A stretch of 53,815 nucleotides of DNA from an uncultured bacterium (lineage in GTDB: Bacteria > Actinomycetota > Acidimicrobiia > Acidimicrobiales > SHLQ01). Made by a program: the position numbers and the translations under genes. Where the stretch lies: the NCBI GenBank assembly GCA_965524675.1, contig CBERPN010000001.1:1-53815 (forward strand). Direction: 5' to 3'. Every line of letters starts with the position of its first letter. Position 1 is the stretch's first letter. This document shows positions 20,822 through 29,776 of this stretch, piece after piece. The notes beneath the pieces were generated by a model. The model saw only the letters and a program-made list of their open reading frames with translations, made no database searches and was not told the DNA's origin.

Positions 20822-21655
20822 GTGAGAATTACGGGTTCTACACGGCTAGCCGCTGTGATTGGACATCCCGTAGGCCATTCGCTGTCACCGGCGTTGTATA
20901 ACGCTGCCTTCGCCGAGACCGAAGTCGACCAAGTGTTCGTAGCGTTCGATGTCGTAGCCCAGAACCTGACCGGATTCGTCGACTCGGTTCGGACTCTCGA
21001 CATTACTGGGTTCTCTGTGACGATGCCGCACAAAGAAGCGATCCTGTCGCTGGTGGATGAGGTTTCGGCTTCGGCTGCAGCATTGGGTGCCGCGAACTGT
21101 GTCGTGAACCAGGCGGGGGTTTTACGAGCGTCTAATACCGATGGTGACGGGTTTGTGAAGGCTGTTGCCCACGACTTTGGTTTCGATGTTGTTGACTCCT
21201 GCATGGTCGTGCTCGGTGCCGGCGGAGCGGCGCGATCTTTGGTGGAGGCCTTGGCCCGGCACGGGGCGCGAGAGATCGTTGTTGTAAATCGATCGCCCGA
21301 AGCGGCCGCTCGCGCAGTTGCGCTAGGAGGAGGGGTAGCGCGAGTCGGGCTAGCATCCGACATAGCTACTGCGGACCTTGTCGTCAACGCCACTCCGTTG
21401 GGGATGCACGGCGATAAGAGCCGCCAAATGCCGTGTGATCCAGCGCGGCTTCGGGCCGGACAGTTCGTCGTAGATCTCATCTACGCACCGCACCGAACGC
21501 GATGGCTCGACGCGGCCGAGTCGGCGGGTGCCGAGGTGGCGAACGGGCTATCGATGCTGGTATTTCAAGCTGCTACCCAATTCTTCATTTGGACCGGTCT
21601 CGAAGCTCCGATAACAACGATGCTCGCCGTTGTAGAGAGCGAAGAAGCCAGCTAG
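20822..21655 (+). CDS. aroE: shikimate dehydrogenase
   Basis: GHPVGHSLSPALYNAAF, NVTMPHK-like SVTMPHK, NTDGDGF and GAGGAARS. GTG at 20822 chosen because the ORF-track start at 20624 overlaps mltG. Confidence 0.88.
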   Translation: MRITGSTRLAAVIGHPVGHSLSPALYNAAFAETEVDQVFVAFDVVAQNLTGFVDSVRTLDITGFSVTMPHKEAILSLVDEVSASAAALGAANCVVNQAGVLRASNTDGDGFVKAVAHDFGFDVVDSCMVVLGAGGAARSLVEALARHGAREIVVVNRSPEAAARAVALGGGVARVGLASDIATADLVVNATPLGMHGDKSRQMPCDPARLRAGQFVVDLIYAPHRTRWLDAAESAGAEVANGLSMLVFQAATQFFIWTGLEAPITTMLAVVESEEAS

Positions 21656-21781
21656 TGCCCTGCTGAATGCGAATCTCGAGGACTACGAGGTCAGTAGTCG
21701 TCACAGAATTGTTTTCTTGGATTGTTGAAGTTTGGTTCGGCGGTGCCGATCTGTTCAGAAGTCATATGCTTCGGAGGTATC

Positions 21782-23224
21782 GTGGCTCTACAAGGAACAA
21801 TCGACACATTCGCATTGCCTGACGTTCTTCGCCTGTTGGCGTCGAGCGAAAAGACGGGCAAGCTCGAACTCATGGGCGACCGCGGATCCGGCACCATCTG
21901 GGTAAAGGAGGGCGCTATCGTAGCGACCGACCTAGACCTAGGTGCCCACCCATCGACCGGCTCGAGCGACATTACCGAAGGCTTGTTTCAGGTCTTGCGG
22001 TTTGTGGAAGGAGATTTCACCTTCCTTGCTGACCTCGTCCCAGCCGATGCTCAGGACCCTGCCGATGTCGAAGAGGCACTCGCCAGCTCAACTGCGATGC
22101 TTGCCGAGCTAGAGGCCATCGAAGAGAACGTCCCCGGTATTGAATGCTGGATGACGCTCTGCTCGGACATCGATAACGAATCGGTGACGCTTTCTCGCGA
22201 TCAGTGGCGGGTTCTTGCCTCGATTGGTGCAGGAACCTCAGTCGCCAACCTCGCTACTTCGTTCGAGCTTGGCGAACTCGAGTCGCTTCGTCGTGCAAAC
22301 GATCTCGTGTCCCAGGGTGTGGCAGAGGTCGGAACCAACCCAGAACTGGTAGTACCGGAGGCCGTCGAAGTAGCGGAATCTGGCGAAGCTGCTGCAGCGC
22401 AAGCCGAGATCTTGGCAGTCGAAGTAGACGTCGAGCCCGAGGCTCAACCCCTCGATCCGTTCGCCGTCGCTGACGCTGTCATCGAACCTGAGGCTGATCC
22501 ACTTCCCGAACCCGCCCAGAGCGTTGTCGGCGACCCTTTCGCCGGAACAATCGATGCTCCAATTGAGCCTGTCGATCATTTCGCCCCATCGGCGGAATCG
22601 ATTGACCCCTTCGCCGCCCCAGCAGCAGCCGATCCTTTCGTCACGCCGGTTCCCGATGAATCAGCGATCGCCGAGGGTGCACCCACCGAGTGGCCTGCTC
22701 CGAGTCTTGAAGGTGTCGTTCCCTGGGGCGACGGGCAAAGTACACCAATTCCGCCCGCTCCTATGGCGGAAGAGACTGCTCCGCCGCCGCCTCCGCCGCC
22801 GCCTCCACCGGTCGTTGAGGAAATCGCTTCTCCTCTTGCTCCTGCCATGGCAACTGGCGATGACGCATTCCCCCCTCCGCCACCAGCTCCGGTCGCTCAA
22901 GCTGAAATTGCCGACGAAATTCCTGCACCTCCGGCCGCTCCGATTGCTCAGGTTGAGGGTCAAGAGTCCACCGACGTCGAGGCTTCGGTCGTGGAGGCTG
23001 CCCCGGTACCAATGCCCGAGCCTGTTCCAGTCCCCGACGACGGCAACGATATGGAACGTCAGCTGGCGAGCCTCAGCCCTGCTGCCGCTAAGGCAGTAGC
23101 CGAAGCCGCACGCGCTGACGCTCCCGCACAAACCATGCCAGCTGTCGCTGACACCGCCGAGGCCGAAGAAGAATCGGTCGACCGTGGCTTGCTCATGAAG
23201 TTCCTTGGTAGGTCCGACAAGTAG
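21782..23224 (+). CDS. DUF4388 (PATAN-like) domain protein with acidic, Pro-rich low-complexity C-terminal half
   Basis: N-terminal LQGTIDTFALPDVLRLLASSEKTGKLELMGDRGSGTIWVKEGAIVA matches the DUF4388 pattern. GTG at 21782 follows GGAGG. Contains repeated DPF motifs and a run of 10 Pro codons (22781..22810). Confidence 0.6.
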   Translation: MALQGTIDTFALPDVLRLLASSEKTGKLELMGDRGSGTIWVKEGAIVATDLDLGAHPSTGSSDITEGLFQVLRFVEGDFTFLADLVPADAQDPADVEEALASSTAMLAELEAIEENVPGIECWMTLCSDIDNESVTLSRDQWRVLASIGAGTSVANLATSFELGELESLRRANDLVSQGVAEVGTNPELVVPEAVEVAESGEAAAAQAEILAVEVDVEPEAQPLDPFAVADAVIEPEADPLPEPAQSVVGDPFAGTIDAPIEPVDHFAPSAESIDPFAAPAAADPFVTPVPDESAIAEGAPTEWPAPSLEGVVPWGDGQSTPIPPAPMAEETAPPPPPPPPPPVVEEIASPLAPAMATGDDAFPPPPPAPVAQAEIADEIPAPPAAPIAQVEGQESTDVEASVVEAAPVPMPEPVPVPDDGNDMERQLASLSPAAAKAVAEAARADAPAQTMPAVADTAEAEEESVDRGLLMKFLGRSDK

Positions 23225-23296
23225 TCCGGGAGGGTAGTTGTTTGGCTGTTGGCCGAGTAGATAGATCTATCCCGCCAGATCCTTAGGAACGAACCG

Positions 23297-24160
23297 ATGA
23301 GTGCTTCGTCCGTTTCAGTCATCGCTGTGATCCCACTCGGCCTAATGGTTGGCGGAATCATTACGATGGTCACAACCAGAGTTCCCGAAATGCTGCCGGT
23401 GTTCAGTCCGGGCCCGGCTTGTCCTGGTTGCGATTGCTCGCTCGCGCTTGGCGAGATTATCCCCGTCGTCTCGTGGGTCCGCCAGCGGCGGAGCTGTACG
23501 CACTGCGGCGAGCGGATCTCGATCGCCTACCCGGCCGTCGAGCTTACGACTGCGGCTCTATTTGTAGCCGCGGCGTTGCGGTTTGATGCCTGGCCGGTGC
23601 TGATACCGCATCTAGTCTTGTTCGCATCGCTAGTGGCGGTGTCGGTTACCGATCTCTACCTGTATCGGATTCCGGATCGAATTACCTTCCCAACGCTTGG
23701 CGCTTCGTCGCTGTTGATCATCGCGGTTTCGCTCTACTACGAGAATCCTCGATTGATTTGGGTAGCGATTGCGGGAGCGCTGCTCTATAGCGGGCTGCTC
23801 TTGGCACTACACCTAGCCCTCCCAGCGGGAATGGGATTTGGAGATGTAAAACTGGCTCTAATACTTGGCCTGTTCCTTGGTTGGAACTCATCGGGATCCA
23901 TACTGAACACAATCAACCTGGTATTGACATCGTTGATATTGGCTAGCTTGATTTCGGTGGCGGGCGGTGTGGTGCTGCTCATCGCTCGCAAGCTCGGCTA
24001 TGACCCGCTACCCGATCCTGACCTCGAGCTTGATGGCTCCGAGCCCGAATCTGCTATGGCCGGAGCGATCAACAGAACCCTCCCCTTTGGGCCTTCGCTC
24101 GCAATCGGAACGATCATCACCATTTTGTTCGCTGAGCAGTTGGTCACAGGCCTAGTCTGA
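23297..24160 (+). CDS. prepilin peptidase (A24 family, PilD-like)
   Basis: 287 aa. N-terminal CPGC...CTHC zinc-binding methyltransferase-like segment. Polytopic, with the GFGDVKL aspartyl-protease motif. Confidence 0.82.
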   Translation: MSASSVSVIAVIPLGLMVGGIITMVTTRVPEMLPVFSPGPACPGCDCSLALGEIIPVVSWVRQRRSCTHCGERISIAYPAVELTTAALFVAAALRFDAWPVLIPHLVLFASLVAVSVTDLYLYRIPDRITFPTLGASSLLIIAVSLYYENPRLIWVAIAGALLYSGLLLALHLALPAGMGFGDVKLALILGLFLGWNSSGSILNTINLVLTSLILASLISVAGGVVLLIARKLGYDPLPDPDLELDGSEPESAMAGAINRTLPFGPSLAIGTIITILFAEQLVTGLV

Positions 24161-24210
24161 TACAGGACACTAGACTGGATCGATATGGTGTTGACTCCCG
24201 GCCGGTCGCG

Positions 24211-25233
24211 ATGATCGAGTTCAATGTCGATTTGGGCGAGCGTTCCTACCCTGTGGTGGTCGGAAGCCGAGCTCGTCATCGACTTGGCGAGCTGCTTCCC
24301 GCAGGTGCCCGCAGGGTTGCCATCATTACTCAAGAAAATATTGCGGTAACAGTCGACCCGGGCGTCGAGAGCCAAACAATAATCATTCCCGACGGCGAGG
24401 GGGCCAAGAACCTCGCCACGGTGGAATCGATCTGTCGCACGCTGGCCATCGCTGGGTTTACCCGCAACGATCTAATCGTAGGCATCGGCGGTGGCGTGGT
24501 AACCGATCTTGCCGGTTTCGCGGCGGCCGTCTATCACCGCGGCATACGGTTCGTAACCGTGCCAACGACCCTTCTTGGTCAGATCGACGCGGCGATCGGC
24601 GGTAAGACGGGTGTGAACCTTCCCGAAGGAAAGAATCTGGTCGGAGCGTTCTGGCAGCCGAGTCTGGTGCTATGCGATACCGAGACCCTCGATTCTTTAC
24701 CGGAGCGAGAGTTCCGCAGTGGCATGGGTGAGCTGGCCAAATACCACTTTCTCACCGGCGAGGAACTCGACGGTCTACCGCTCGATGAGCGGATCGCGGC
24801 ATGTATTCGAATCAAGGCGGATGTTGTCGCATCCGACGAGCGCGAACAAGGCCGTCGAGCCATCCTCAACTACGGCCATACGCTGGCGCACGCCCTTGAG
24901 ACTCTGGGCGGTTACGACCTACGTCACGGTGAAGCGGTAGCCATCGGCCTCGTCTATGCAGCCGAATTGGCTTGTCTTCTCGGTCGAATTGGTACCGAAC
25001 GTGTCGAGGAGCACCGGCGAGTAATTGCGAGCTATGACCTCAGCGCCTCTTTGCCAAGCGCTGTCGACGAAGAGCGAGTCGTCGAGCTGTTCGCTCGCGA
25101 CAAGAAGGCCCTCGACGGAATAACGTTTGTGTTAGACGGCGCCGATGGTGTCGAGCTAGTTACCGGTATCGAACGTTCGATCCTGGTCGACGCGTTAGCG
25201 CTGATGAACCATGATCGACATGGTGCCCGGTGA
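24211..25233 (+). CDS. aroB: 3-dehydroquinate synthase
   Basis: 340 aa. GGGVVTDLAGFAAA, PTTLLGQIDAAIGGKTGVN and NYGHTLAHALE. Confidence 0.92.
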   Translation: MIEFNVDLGERSYPVVVGSRARHRLGELLPAGARRVAIITQENIAVTVDPGVESQTIIIPDGEGAKNLATVESICRTLAIAGFTRNDLIVGIGGGVVTDLAGFAAAVYHRGIRFVTVPTTLLGQIDAAIGGKTGVNLPEGKNLVGAFWQPSLVLCDTETLDSLPEREFRSGMGELAKYHFLTGEELDGLPLDERIAACIRIKADVVASDEREQGRRAILNYGHTLAHALETLGGYDLRHGEAVAIGLVYAAELACLLGRIGTERVEEHRRVIASYDLSASLPSAVDEERVVELFARDKKALDGITFVLDGADGVELVTGIERSILVDALALMNHDRHGAR

Positions 25234-26333
25234 CCGAACTAGTGCCAGTGCTGGTTGCGGACAGGCTCGTGAAGCTTCGTGCTCGGCTCGATCAAGATTC
25301 GCTTGATGCCGCGCTGATTACAACGCTGACCAACGTTCGCTATCTCACCGGATTCACCGGGTCGTTCGCAACCTTGTTGGTAACCCGCGATGAGGCGTTT
25401 TTGTTGACCGACGGCCGCTACCGCGAACAGGCACCATTGCAGACACAGGCCGCCGGAATCGAGTGCCAGCTAGCCTTGGTAACCGCTACGGCAAGTATCG
25501 CTAGCCTGCTCCAAGAGCGGCTGGGCGACGGCTGGTCGGTGGGTTTCGAAGCTGGCAATATCACCTGGGAGCAGCACCGAGGGCTAGCCGAAGTATTGCC
25601 CCAGAAACTGTTGCCAACCACGAATCTGGTCGAAGACCTGCGCCTCGTGAAAGACGACGGTGAGGTTTGTCGAATCGAGCAGGCGTGCGCGATTGCTGAT
25701 GAAGCACTAGGCGAAGTCGTGGCACTGATGAATGAATCGCCGAGCGAACAGCGATTCGGCCTCGAACTCGACACTGCGATGCGTCGCCTGGGCGCTGCGG
25801 AAAGGTCGTTCGAAACTATCGTAGCGTCGGGCCCGAACAGCGCGCTTCCGCATGCGCGACCGAGCCAAAGGGCGATCGGGTCCGGTGATCTTGTAGTGGT
25901 TGACTTCGGAGCGCTCCTCGATGGCTACCACTCCGACATGACCCGGACGTTTTCGATAGGAAGAATCGCTGGTGAGCGGCGTGAACTCTTTGATCTAGTC
26001 GCCACAGCGCAGGCAGCGGGTTGCGAAGCTGTCGCCCCAGGCGTCGCTGCTAGCCATATCGATGAAGTCTGTCGAACCGTTATTGCCGATGCTGGTTATG
26101 GCGACGCGTTCATGCACGGCACAGGCCACGGGGTAGGTCTTGACATCCACGAGGCGCCGGCGGTATCTCGCACATCTAAGAGCATTCTTGAGCCGGGCTA
26201 TGTCATCACGGTGGAACCCGGTGTTTACTTACCTGACGTTGGTGGGGTTCGCATCGAAGACACCGTGGTCGTTACCGGCGATGGTTACCGAGCCTTAACC
26301 AACTATTCCAAGAGCCCCAAGCCAGTTCAGTAG
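25230..26333 (+). CDS. pepQ: M24-family Xaa-Pro aminopeptidase/dipeptidase
   Basis: 367 aa. DFGALLDGYHSDMTRT, HGTGHGVGLDIHE and VEPGVY...GGVRIED metal-ligand blocks. Confidence 0.88.
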   Translation: MTELVPVLVADRLVKLRARLDQDSLDAALITTLTNVRYLTGFTGSFATLLVTRDEAFLLTDGRYREQAPLQTQAAGIECQLALVTATASIASLLQERLGDGWSVGFEAGNITWEQHRGLAEVLPQKLLPTTNLVEDLRLVKDDGEVCRIEQACAIADEALGEVVALMNESPSEQRFGLELDTAMRRLGAAERSFETIVASGPNSALPHARPSQRAIGSGDLVVVDFGALLDGYHSDMTRTFSIGRIAGERRELFDLVATAQAAGCEAVAPGVAASHIDEVCRTVIADAGYGDAFMHGTGHGVGLDIHEAPAVSRTSKSILEPGYVITVEPGVYLPDVGGVRIEDTVVVTGDGYRALTNYSKSPKPVQ

Positions 26334-26346
26334 AGGACAACCCGTC

Positions 26347-26910
26347 ATGTCGACCATTACAACCAACGATCTTAAAAACGGGATGCATCTAGATATCGAC
26401 AACAACCTGTTTCAGGTAGTCGACTTCCAGCATGTGAAACCTGGCAAGGGTCATGCCTTTGTTAGAACGACGCTTCGCAATGCTCGCACCGGCGCCAATA
26501 TCGAGCGAACGTTTCGAGCAGGCGAGAAGGTCGAGCGAGCCATGATCGACAAACGAGATATGCAGTTTCTGTATCGCGATGGCGACTCGTACGTTTTCAT
26601 GGACAACGAAACCTACGATCAGATGACCGTAGAACCGTCCGCTCTTGGCGATTCGATCAACTATTTGCTCGAGAACAACAACGCCGTGCTGCAGATGTAC
26701 GGCACCGAGATCGTGGGAGTCGACCTTCCGGCGGCGGTTGAACTTAAGATAGCCGAGACTGAGCCCGGATTGCAGGGCGATCGGGTCTCGGGCGCCACTA
26801 AGCCGGCAACGCTGGTGACGGGTCTTGTTGTTCAGGTGCCACTATTTGTGAACCCGGGCGAAGTTGTGAAGGTCGATACCCGCAGCGGCGACTATTTGAG
26901 TCGGGCGTAG
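26347..26910 (+). CDS. efp: elongation factor P
   Basis: 187 aa. TNDLKNGMHLDIDNNLFQVVDFQHVKPGKGHAFVRT is a canonical EF-P N-terminus with the modified-Lys loop. Confidence 0.96.
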   Translation: MSTITTNDLKNGMHLDIDNNLFQVVDFQHVKPGKGHAFVRTTLRNARTGANIERTFRAGEKVERAMIDKRDMQFLYRDGDSYVFMDNETYDQMTVEPSALGDSINYLLENNNAVLQMYGTEIVGVDLPAAVELKIAETEPGLQGDRVSGATKPATLVTGLVVQVPLFVNPGEVVKVDTRSGDYLSRA

Positions 26911-26917
26911 CGCTCGT

Positions 26918-27334
26918 ATGGTTGGTGGTATTGGGTCTCGCCACGAGGCTCGTGAAGAGGCGCTCAGCGTGCTGTACGAGGCCGACATTCGCGGCGTGGA
27001 CCCTCTGGAAGTTCTCGAGGCTCAACAAATCGACTTACCGAAGTTCGCATCAGACATCGTTCGTGGTGTCACCGAATTGCAGGATCGTATCGATACTGAG
27101 CTCAGTGCGGCGGCAGTGGACTGGACGGTTGACCGCATGCCCGCCATCGATCGAACACTTCTACGCATGGCTGTCTTTGAGCTTGTCGAGCGGCTCGATG
27201 TGCCGACCGCTGCCGTCGTTTCTGAAGCGGTCGAGTTGGCGAGCCAGTACTCGACCGAGAGCTCTGGCCGGTTCGTAAATGGCGTCCTCGCTCACCTCGC
27301 CGTCGAGATCCGTGGTGATGTCGCAGACCCGTAG
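26918..27334 (+). CDS. nusB: transcription antitermination factor NusB
   Basis: 138 aa. SRHEAREEALSVLYE..., AIDRTLLRMAVFEL and FVNGVL blocks. Confidence 0.92.
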   Translation: MVGGIGSRHEAREEALSVLYEADIRGVDPLEVLEAQQIDLPKFASDIVRGVTELQDRIDTELSAAAVDWTVDRMPAIDRTLLRMAVFELVERLDVPTAAVVSEAVELASQYSTESSGRFVNGVLAHLAVEIRGDVADP

Positions 27335-27869
27335 CCAGAACCCAGATCCCGAGTTGAGTGACGGCGTTCTGCGTCTGCGACCGTGGGCGCTGGGCGACGC
27401 TCCATACTTGGCGGCCGCATGGGCGGACCCAGCCATCCAAAGCCATTGCGAGGTGCCCCCCAACCGGTCGCCAGGCCACGCTGCGAAGTGGATTCAGGGG
27501 CAGGTGGAGCGGGAGATTTCCGGCGTGGCGATCGACTTGGTCATGGCTGAGGTCGATTCACCAACAGTGGTGGTTGGCGAGATCGGTCTTGGTCCATTCG
27601 ATTGGGCGCGAGGCGCGGCTCTCGTCGGCTTCTGGGTGGCCGGCGAACATCGCGGCAAGGGTTATGCCAAACGGGCTCTCGAGCTGGTTTCGCGATGGTC
27701 TCGCACGACCCTCCGACTTGAAACGCTGATGGCGACAACGTCGGTCGCAAACCTGGCCTCCGGCTCAATTCTAGAAAGTGCAGGGTTTGAGATAATCGAC
27801 ATCGGCCGAACAGACGACAACCAGATCTGGGCCGCCTCAATAGTTGAACTGCCTAACGAAGTTGTTTAA
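27318..27869 (+). CDS. GNAT-family N-acetyltransferase (RimJ/RimL-like)
   Basis: LRLRPWALGDAPYL..., and FWVAGEHRGKGYAKRALELV is the acetyl-CoA binding motif A. ATG 27318 preferred over the ORF-track 27279; it slightly overlaps the nusB end. Confidence 0.75.
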   Translation: MSQTRSQNPDPELSDGVLRLRPWALGDAPYLAAAWADPAIQSHCEVPPNRSPGHAAKWIQGQVEREISGVAIDLVMAEVDSPTVVVGEIGLGPFDWARGAALVGFWVAGEHRGKGYAKRALELVSRWSRTTLRLETLMATTSVANLASGSILESAGFEIIDIGRTDDNQIWAASIVELPNEVV

Positions 27870-28084
27870 CTGCCATCGTCGCTGACGTCGAGCAAATCCG
27901 GCTGTGCCTGCGCCGGGTCAAGGTCAGCAACAACCAACCGGGCCGCTGACTCGGTGTCGAAGTCTGCTAACCAGATTCCGTCTTCTAGTATCTGCCAGAC
28001 CCGTTGTTCTCGGGCGTTGCCGTAGGTGCCGTCGGGACTCCAACCGGGATGGTCGTGTACCGCGCGACGGATTGCAAATGTCAT
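27866..28084 (-). CDS. small hypothetical protein (72 aa)
   Basis: ATG at 28084 is preceded by GGAGGA 9 nt upstream on the minus strand. Its stop overlaps the GNAT stop (TTAA). This is the C-terminal part of the ORF-track 27866..28336 frame. No recognisable family. Confidence 0.35.
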   Translation of the reverse strand: MTFAIRRAVHDHPGWSPDGTYGNAREQRVWQILEDGIWLADFDTESAARLVVADLDPAQAQPDLLDVSDDGS

Positions 28085-28203
28085 TGAACCAGGTCCTCCG
28101 AGTGAACGATCTCGGGCCCCTATTCCGCCTAAAGACCATATCTGGCTTGCCATAAAGTCCCACCCCCATGGTCTCGCCATCATCGAAGAAGCGTTAGGGT
28201 CGT

Positions 28204-28248
28204 CTCCCGATCGTGAAGTGGGTCCAGTGAGGCTCGCACGGTTAGGAG
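28204..28248 (+). promoter_or_regulatory. PyrR-binding-loop-like leader hairpin sequestering the pyrR Shine-Dalgarno
   Basis: GGUCCAGUGAGGCU (28221..28234) matches 12/14 positions of the PyrR binding-loop consensus ARUCCAGAGAGGYU. It sits in the apical part of a stem in which CUCC (28204..28207) plus GAUCGUG (28209..28215) pair with CACGGUU (28237..28243) plus GGAG (28245..28248). That GGAG is the SD 5 nt upstream of GTG 28254. Confidence 0.6.
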
Positions 28249-28253
28249 CAGCA

Positions 28254-28820
28254 GTGGCAGAACGCGAACGAAGAATGGCGCCACCATTCGGCGGAACCTT
28301 TGTCGCCCGATCCACACTTATGTCGGCCGACGACATGGAGCGCGCGGTCAGAAGAATGGCGCACGAGATTATCGAGCGAAACCACGGCCTCAGCGATGTC
28401 GTGCTAATTGGGCTTCAGACAGGTGGCGTGCCGATCGCCCAACTTCTTAGCTCGGCGCTTAGCGAGATTGGCGAGACTGACGTGGCGATTGGAACCATCG
28501 ATGTCGCGTTCTACCGTGACGACATTGGACTACGTCCGGTCATGCCCGAAGAGGTCACCGAGATCCCTGGCGACCTGACCAAACGCGTTGTCGTGTTAGT
28601 TGATGATGTTCTCTTTACCGGACGAACCATTCGTGCGGCACTCGACGCTCTCACAGACTTTGGGCGACCAAGAGCGGTTCAACTGGCGGTGATGATCGAC
28701 CGAGGCCACCGCGAACTGCCGATTCGGCCTGATTTTGTGGGCAAGAATATTCCCACCCGCCGTGACGAGGCGGTAAACGTAACCCTCGATGGGGTTGAGC
28801 TGGGCGAGGTCAAAAAGTGA
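28254..28820 (+). CDS. pyrR: bifunctional pyrimidine operon regulator / uracil phosphoribosyltransferase PyrR
   Basis: LMSADDMERAVRRMAHEIIERN... and VVLVDDVLFTGRTIRAALDAL (PRPP motif). GTG 28254 gives ~188 aa, a typical PyrR length. ATG 28275 and ATG 28320 are alternative starts. Confidence 0.88.
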   Translation: MAERERRMAPPFGGTFVARSTLMSADDMERAVRRMAHEIIERNHGLSDVVLIGLQTGGVPIAQLLSSALSEIGETDVAIGTIDVAFYRDDIGLRPVMPEEVTEIPGDLTKRVVVLVDDVLFTGRTIRAALDALTDFGRPRAVQLAVMIDRGHRELPIRPDFVGKNIPTRRDEAVNVTLDGVELGEVKK

Positions 28821-29776
28821 GTGCCCGTCACCTGCTGTGTGTAGCGGACCTCGGCCGCGAAGGGATCGAAGAGGTCCTGACGCTGGCGGCGTCGTTCGAC
28901 GAGGTGAGCAGTCGTCGCATCCCCCGTGTGCCGGTACTGCGCGGCAAGACCGTTGCCTGGCTGTTCTACGAGGATTCGACTCGCACCCGCCTATCGTTCG
29001 AAGCCGCGGCAAAGCGGTTGTCGGCGGACACCATGAACTTTAGTGTCAGCAACTCATCGGCAAACAAGGGTGAGTCGTTGCGCGATACCTGTGAGACGCT
29101 CGCCGCGATGGGAATTGACGCGATCGTAGTTCGGCATCGATCGGCTGGTGTGCCTTGGCAGATCACGAATTGGGTCGCTGCCTCGGTGATAAACGCGGGC
29201 GACGGATGGCACGAACACCCAACTCAAGCCTTGCTCGATTGCTTCACGATTCGAAAGCATCTTGGCGATTTCGAGGGCCGCCATATCGCCATCGTGGGCG
29301 ACATCAAGCACAGTCGGGTCGCCAGATCTAACATCGCCGCGTTCAGCGCGCTTGGCGCAGAAGTCACGCTTGTTGCGCCTCCGACGCTTTTGCCGCCGAG
29401 CGTTGAAGGTTGGCCTGTCAAGGTCTCCCACGACCTCGACGCGGTCCTTCCTACGGTCGACGCCGTCTACCTACTTCGCATGCAACTCGAACGACAAAGC
29501 GATGGACTAATCCCGAGCTTACGCGAGTACAGCTCATGCTATGGGCTCACCGCCCAGCGCCTAACAGCGGTTCCGGACGAAGCATTGATCATGCATCCCG
29601 GACCAATGAACAGAGGCGTGGAGATTTCTGCCGAAGCAGCTGACGATTCAAGGGCTGTAATAACCAATCAAGTTAGCAATGGAGTGTCCGTAAGAATGGC
29701 GGTGTTGTTCTTGTTGCTGGCAAGTGGCTCTGAGCTTGAAGATACGACGGCCGATTCCTTGGCGAAGTCGCTGTGA
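28817..29776 (+). CDS. pyrB: aspartate carbamoyltransferase catalytic subunit
   Basis: 319 aa. STRTRLSFE, HPTQALLD and HPGPMNRGVEI blocks. Start overlaps the pyrR stop. Confidence 0.94.
   Translation: MSARHLLCVADLGREGIEEVLTLAASFDEVSSRRIPRVPVLRGKTVAWLFYEDSTRTRLSFEAAAKRLSADTMNFSVSNSSANKGESLRDTCETLAAMGIDAIVVRHRSAGVPWQITNWVAASVINAGDGWHEHPTQALLDCFTIRKHLGDFEGRHIAIVGDIKHSRVARSNIAAFSALGAEVTLVAPPTLLPPSVEGWPVKVSHDLDAVLPTVDAVYLLRMQLERQSDGLIPSLREYSSCYGLTAQRLTAVPDEALIMHPGPMNRGVEISAEAADDSRAVITNQVSNGVSVRMAVLFLLLASGSELEDTTADSLAKSL

Noticed and set aside
28085-28336. Upstream two-thirds of the minus-strand ORF 27866..28336 (156 aa)
   Set aside because: It is antisense to the pyrR leader hairpin and the pyrR 5' end and is low-complexity (Ser/Arg/Ala/Pro). 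Only the last 72 codons, which have their own GGAGGA-ATG, are kept as a low-confidence gene.
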